Shown: in pieces, positions 57,556-64,000 of the stretch
Layout of the letters: the number at the start of each line of letters is the position of its first letter
Position numbering within the stretch: position 1 is the first letter of the stretch
NCBI GenBank assembly: GCA_002269645.1
Contig: NIVC01000511.1
Span: 416,877 to 480,876 of the forward strand
Direction of reading: 5' to 3'
Source: Macrostomum lignano
Taxonomy: Eukaryota
Length of the DNA: 64,000 nucleotides
Made by a program: the position numbers and the translations under genes
The notes under the pieces: model-generated
Told to the model about the DNA's origin: nothing
Databases searched by the model: none
What the model saw: the letters and a program-made list of their open reading frames with translations, nothing else

Positions 57556-58762
57556 TCTAAGATCTTCAGATTGGACCTCTAGCATTTAATCTAAGATCCT
57601 TAGACTGGACCTCCATTCTATCCAAGATCCTCAGACTAGGCTTCTACTATTAAATCCAAGATCCTTAGACTGGACCTTCATCATTCAATCCACGATCCTT
57701 AGACTGGACCTCTACCATTCAATCCAAGATCCTCAGACTGGACCTTCACTATCCAATATACTAAAAATTCAATCTAAGATCCTTAGACTGGACCTCCATT
57801 CTATCCAAGATCCTCAGACTAGGCCTCTACCATTCAATCCAAGATCCTTAGACTGGACCTTCACTATTCAATCCAAGATCCTTAGACTGGACCTTCACCA
57901 TTCAATCCAAGATCCTCAGACTAGACCTCCATTCTATCCAAAATCCTCATACTGGACCTTCACCATTCAATCCAAGATCCTCAGACTAGACCTTCACCAT
58001 TCAATCCAAGATCCTCAGACTAGGATTTCCATTCAATCCAAGATCCTCAGACTGGACCTTCACCATTCAATCCAAGATCCTCAGACTGGACCTTCACCAT
58101 TCAATCCAAGATCCTCAGACTAGGATTTCCATTCAATCCAAGATCCTCAGACTGGACCTTCACCATTCAATCCAAGATCCTCAGACTGGAACTTTACCAT
58201 TCAATCCAAGATCCTTAGACTGGACCTTCACCATTCAATCCAAGATCCTCAGACTGGAACTTTACCATTCAATCCAAGATCCTTAGACTGGACCTTCACT
58301 ATTCAATCAAAGATCCTCAGACTGGACCTTCACCATTCAATCCAAGATCATCAGACTAGACCTTCACCATTCAATCCAAGATCCTCAGACTAGGATTTCC
58401 ATTCAATCCAAGATCCTCAGACTGGACCTTCACCATTCAATCCAAGATCCTCAGACTGGAACTTTACCATTCAATCCAAAATCCTTAGACTGGACCTTCA
58501 CTATTCAATCAAAGATCCTCAGACTGGACCTTCACCATTCAATCCAAGATCATCAGACTGGAACTTTACCATTCAATCCAAGATCATCAGACTGGACCTT
58601 CACCATTCAATCAAAGATCCTCAGACTAGACCTTCACCATTCAATCCAAGATCATCAGACTGGAACTTTACCATTCAATCCAAGATCATCAGACTGGAAC
58701 TTTACCATTCAATCCAAAATCCTCAGACTAGACCTGCCTTCTATCCAAGATCCTCAATCCAA
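57556..58762 (+). repeat. 34-bp minisatellite (CCATTCAATCCAAGATCCTCAGACTGGACCTTCA), ~35 copies
   Basis: Direct periodicity. Confidence 0.96.
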
Positions 58763-59741
58763 GAAAATTTTCAGGTTCTAGTCTGAGTTGAAGGTCTGAT
58801 GCAAAATTGTTGAATTGGCTAATCAGTGACGGGGGTTTGATGCTCTCGCCACAAATAAGTGGAATTGTTGTCTGTACTTTGCACTCTGCAGTGCTTCTTC
58901 TGCCTTACCTTCTTGCTTACCTTCTGCCTGTGTTTAATTCACAGGCTGTTTGCAAATAATCTTACAGAGTGCGTTAGAATTCCGCGTGTTGTCTCTGCGG
59001 CACTGGGGATGCAGCACTACCTCATTAATTAATGAGTGCCAATGCGGAAACAGCATCGCAAACCTCAAGTTTGTAGCTTGGCTCAGCACTATTTTATGCA
59101 TTCGAGCCGCAGGGTGAAACTGTCTCGTAAATTACCATTAAGGCCGGATCTATGCTAGGAAAATCAGTAGATGGAAAGAGGCTGAGGGAAATGATGATGA
59201 GTGCCTGGCAAAGTCGAGCTTAATTATATGCAGGTGAGCGGCAAATAGGGCTAATGGGCTGTCTCGATTTCAACTGAGACTGTGGTGTCTAATTAAATGT
59301 AACGCGAGAGCCTCCACGAAAAGCGGGGTTGGCTAGCGTTTATTTGACGCTTTGTTTACAGGTTTTCGCCCCAGCACTCTCTCTCTCTGTCTGTGCTGGT
59401 GCTGGAGTCAAATTCTTGCCGGATGCTGAGAAATCGCGTTCTCGCCTATATAAAGCTTGGTTGACTCGACAAGTTCTAAGCAAGCCACAGCCTCCACTCT
59501 TCATCGTGTAGCGAGCTCTACAACTACTTGGACCATCGCGTCTACATTTGTTTTATCGGCGAGTATTGCTTGGTCATCTTAGACTTTGTTTTATTCCTTT
59601 TTATCACTGTCCATTGCCTTCTGATTGTCCGTAGCAGCTCTCCCAGATTGCTCAAATGAGCTTGGAGGGTCTGTTGCTGGCATCCGATTGCTGGACTTTG
59701 CTCAACGAGGACTGAAAATTCCCTGGAAGCTTTAAGTATCA

Positions 59742-59840
59742 GATTAAACATGCCTTTTGAGGGAGTTTTTTGTATAAATCACGAGGGCCTGAGGCCCGAG
59801 GGATTTATGAAAATAACTCCCTCAAAAGGCATGTGTAATC
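59742..59840. other. ~100-nt long hairpin (inverted repeat)
   Basis: ACATGCCTTTTGAGGGAGTT pairs perfectly with AACTCCCTCAAAAGGCATGT. The inner arms pair with few mismatches up to a tiny loop. Confidence 0.85.
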
Positions 59841-60367
59841 TCGTATAAACCATAGACATGGAGACTTTACGGGATATTATTGAATATTACCAAATAAAAT
59901 CCCGGAGAACGCAAATATTGTCACGGAAAGTCTTTATTTCTATGGATTATCACTTAATATTTTATTTTAGCCGCTTGTTCTATAGCGAATTTTTTGTCTA
60001 TGGTGTTTTTTATTCAGATCATTCAGACTATCAGGTAAATCATCTTGAAGTAGAATATGAGCACAGATTCTGTGAGTATGAGGAATTCTAAGGTTGTTTG
60101 GGGCGATACTTTAAGATGTGACGACTAGCAAACTTTTAGCGAAACGACTAGCAATCTAGTGCCCCCTTCGGGGCACGCAATAAGCAAGGAGCAAACATTA
60201 TTAATGAAAAACAATTAAAAAAGCACATTTTCTTAAGAACCTTGAGTTGAGTACAATTGTCACGGACAAAGATGTTTACTATGAATATCTTTCCTTTTTT
60301 CTAAACTTAACAGAAAGACAATAAAAAAAAGTTTTCACAAAGATAACAGACATTCCCCCTAAATAGA

Positions 60368-62480
60368 AAACATCTCCCTGATAGCAAGCATCCTCCCAGA
60401 TAGCAAGCATCCACCCTGATAGCAAGCATCCACCCAGATAGCAAGCATCCACCCAGATAGCAAGCATCCTCCCAGATAGCAAGCATCCATCCAGATAACA
60501 AGCATCCCCTAATACTCGTAGCAAGCATCCTCCCAGATAGCAAGCATCCATCCAGATAAGCATCCATCCAGATAACAAGCATCCCCCAGATAGCAAGCAT
60601 CCTCCCAGATAGCAAGCATCCATCCAGATAAGCATCCATCCAGATAACAAGCATCCCCCAGATAGCAAGCATCCTCCCAGATAGCAAGCATCCTCCCAGA
60701 TAGCAAGCATCCTCCCAGATAGCAAGCATCCATCCAGATAACAAGCATCCCCTAATACTCGTAGCAAGCATCCACCCAGATAAGCATCCATCCAGATAAC
60801 AAGCATCCCCCAGATAGCAAGCATCCTCCCAGATAGCAAGCATCCTCCCAGATAGCAAGCATCCATCCAGATAACAAGCATCCCCTAATACTCGTAGCAA
60901 GCATCCACCCAGATAGCAAGCATCCACCCAGATAGCAAGCATCCACCCAGATAGCAAGCATTCATTCAGATAGCAAACATCCTCCCAGATAGCAAGCATC
61001 CACCCTGATAGCAAGCATCCACCCAGATAGCAAGCATCCACCCAGATAGCAAGCATCCTCCCAGATAGCAAGCATCCTCCCAGATAGCAAGCATCCATCC
61101 AGATAACAAGCATCCCCTAATACTCGTAGCAAGCATCCTCCCAGATAGCAAGCATCCATCCAGATAAGCATCCATCCAGATAACAAGCATCCCCCAGATA
61201 GCAAGCATCCTCCCAGATAGCAAGCATCCATCCAGATAAGCATCCATCCAGATAACAAGCATCCCCCAGATAGCAAGCATCCTCCCAGATAGCAAGCATC
61301 CTCCCAGATAGCAAGCATCCATCCAGATAACAAGCATCCCCTAATACTCGTAGCAAGCATCCACCCAGATAAGCATCCATCCAGATAACAAGCATCCCCC
61401 AGATAGCAAGCATCCTCCCAGATAGCAAGCATCCTCCCAGATAGCAAGCATCCATCCAGATAACAAGCATCCCCTAATACTCGTAGCAAGCATCCACCCA
61501 GATAGCAAGCATCCACCCAGATAGCAAGCATCCACCCAGATAGCAAGCATCCACCCTGATAGCAAGCATCCACCCAGATAGCAAGCATCCTCCCAGATAG
61601 CAAGCATCCATCCAGATAACAAGCATCCCCTAATACTCGTAGCAAGCATCCACCCAGATAGCAAGCATCCACCCAGATAGCAAGCATTCATTCAGATAGC
61701 AAGCATCCTCCCAGATAGCAAGCATCCACCCAGATAGCAAGTATTCATTCAGATAGCAAGCATCCTCCCAGATAGCAAGCATCCACCCAGATAGCAAGCA
61801 TTTATTCAGATAGCAAGCATCCTCCCAGATAGCAAGCATCCACCCAGATAGCAAGCATTCATTCAGATAGCAAGCATCCCCAGATAGCAAGCATTCATTC
61901 AGATAGCAAGCATCCATCCAGATAGCAAGCATTCATTCAGATAGCAAGCATCCTCCCAGATAGCAAGCATCCACCCAGATAGCAAGCATTCATTCAGATA
62001 GCAAGCATCTTCCCAGATAGCAAGCATCCACCCAGATAGCAAGCATTCATTCAGATAGCAAGCATCCCCCAGATAGCAAGCATTCATTCAGATAGCAAGC
62101 ATTCATTCAGATAGCAAGCATTCATTCAGATAGCAAGCATCCTCCCAGATAGCAAGCATCCACCCAGATAGCAAGCATTCATTCAGATAGCAAGCATCCT
62201 CCCAGATAGCAAGCATCCACCCAGATAGCAAGCATTCATTCAGATAGCAAGCATCCCCCAGATAGCAAGCATTCATTCAGATAGCAAGCATTCATTCAGA
62301 TAGCAAGCATTCATTCAGATAGCAAGCATCCATCCAGATAGCAAGCATTCATTCAGATAGAAGCATCCACCCAGATAGAAGCGTCCACCCAGATAGAAGC
62401 ATCCACCCAGATAGCAAGCATCTATCCAGATAGAAAGCATCCCTCCAGATAGCAAGCATGCCCCCAGATAGAAAGCATCT
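60368..62480 (+). repeat. 19-bp minisatellite (AGCAAGCATCCACCCAGAT and variants), ~2.1 kb, with higher-order blocks
   Basis: Direct periodicity. Confidence 0.97.
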
Positions 62481-62544
62481 ATCAATCAAACTTGCAAGCA
62501 TAGCAAGTTCTCTAACAGAGAGGTCGTGTGTGGGCGATTCTTTA

Positions 62545-62765
62545 AGATGGTGGGTGTATGGGCGATTCTGTTAGATGGTGGGTTTAGGGGCTATTCTGTT
62601 AGATGGTGGGTGTATGGGCTATTCTGTTAGGTGGTGGGTGTAGGGGCTATTCTGTTAAATGGTGGGTGTATGGGCTATTCTGTTAGGTGGTGGGTGTAGG
62701 GGCTATTCTGTTAAATGGTGGGTGTAGGGGCTATTCTGTTAGATGGTGGGTGTATGGGCGATTTC
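62545..62765 (+). repeat. 28-bp minisatellite (GGTGGGTGTATGGGCTATTCTGTTAGAT), ~7-8 copies
   Basis: Direct periodicity. Confidence 0.9.
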
Positions 62766-64000
62766 ATGTTGGGGTTTGTGGAATGTCATTCTATTTGATG
62801 ACGTTCCTTGCATAGTATTTTACAATCAGGAGATTTTCTTATTTGAGAAAGAATGCTTTAGTACGCTCGTAACATCAAGTACTCAAGGTCTCTTGAGGCT
62901 GCTCCGATCGTCTGGGATTTCAGCTCGAATTTTTGGCTTGTGTAACCCCTGGCTTGTGCTATCCTGTACCCCTCAGGCCGGGTCTACTTATACACAATTT
63001 TGAGCCGACCTTGGTCTCAACCGGTTTTTTTATGAGGTTACGAAAGGAATTTTATCATTTGACTGGTGAAGTTTTTTGAATAGAAGAGGTGATACTTGGG
63101 TGGTTTCTAAAAAGTTATGTTGACAACCGGACGTGGTTTTCTCACTCACTGTTTTCGTGATCTTACTAGAAATTGAGTATGAAGGCGTGGTATTTACAAT
63201 TTGTGTTTACCTATTCTTATCTTCCTTACTGCTTCTAGTCGCCTGCTTATACCATATTTTGGAGATCTCTACACTACATTAAGAGATTTTATATGAATTA
63301 TTTCAAAGTGGACAGATCATGTTGTCTTGTGAGAACCAAATTAAGACTATAATTACTATTTAAATTTTTATTGCACTACTTGAACAGGTAGCATCATGAA
63401 GTTATCATCAACTATAGTGAAACGTTAAAAAATTGGCGTAACGCAGCTGTCAGTAATGCGTCATATGTCTAATTCTATTAGTATATTTGCAAGAAACAGC
63501 CTATATAATTATAAATCTAGACTTTAGGTTCATACGTGCTTCAAAAGAAGAAGCAGAAGCTTCCATTTAAGAGGGCAGCTCTATGCTTATTGCTTTGTGT
63601 CCATGGAGGCCGAAATGAACCGTTTGTTCTTGCCACATACTATTGTATAATAATTCGATGGGGCCACTCAGCAAATTTGCGTGTAAGCTACTGTCAGGTC
63701 AGTAGTAAGTTAAATACATCTAGAAGCATTTTAATGTATTTGTTACCCCTCAGACAGGGTCTGTCCATGTCCACCACCCAATTTTATTGCCTTTCTAACC
63801 TGGTGTTCCAGCCTAAAGCTGCCTGCCTGTCATGTACATTTCAGTGGTGCTGGGCTAATGTACATTACGGTTACACCTATATAAAAGTGGCTGTTTACGT
63901 CTGCAAGTAACTCCGACTGTCTTCCTTTTTACTCGCATAAAATAGCATACACATGATTTATTACTACTGAACTGGAAGTAGAGAAACGGTTTTACTAAGC

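Noticed and set aside
60279-62087. Overlapping 'MLAIWEDACYL' ORFs
   Set aside because: Artefact of the 19-bp minisatellite.

Overview
Eukaryotic (animal) genomic DNA with spliceosomal GT-AG introns. GC-rich, poly-Q/poly-A exons are interleaved with a very dense set of locus-specific minisatellites. The style resembles the flatworm Macrostomum lignano (inference, not checked). I could reconstruct six protein genes by hand: (1) a highly divergent ETS-domain factor (minus, ~1.3-3.1 kb); (2) an intronless orphan with an N-myristoylation motif, whose 3' end seeded a 50-bp tandem array (minus, 5.9-7.4 kb); (3) a neuregulin/vein-type EGFR ligand (signal peptide, N-terminal domain, Ig, EGF, TM) with two apparently mutually exclusive stalk+TM exons (minus, 13.7-27.2 kb); (4) a PIS-like CDP-alcohol phosphatidyltransferase (plus, 31.4-33.6 kb); (5) SLC38A10 (minus, 34.8-43.9 kb); (6) a compact NCoR/SMRT corepressor lacking SANT2 (minus, 45.9-51.7 kb). 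Mobile DNA includes a LINE 3' remnant, a tRNA-derived CORE-type SINE, a THAP pseudogene interrupted by a hAT-like MITE with an 8-bp TSD, other MITEs and a decayed mariner. The decayed mariner lies in a ~6-kb block almost devoid of CpG. Most long ORFs in the supplied track are artefacts of tandem repeats. All gene models are manual and unverified by transcripts.
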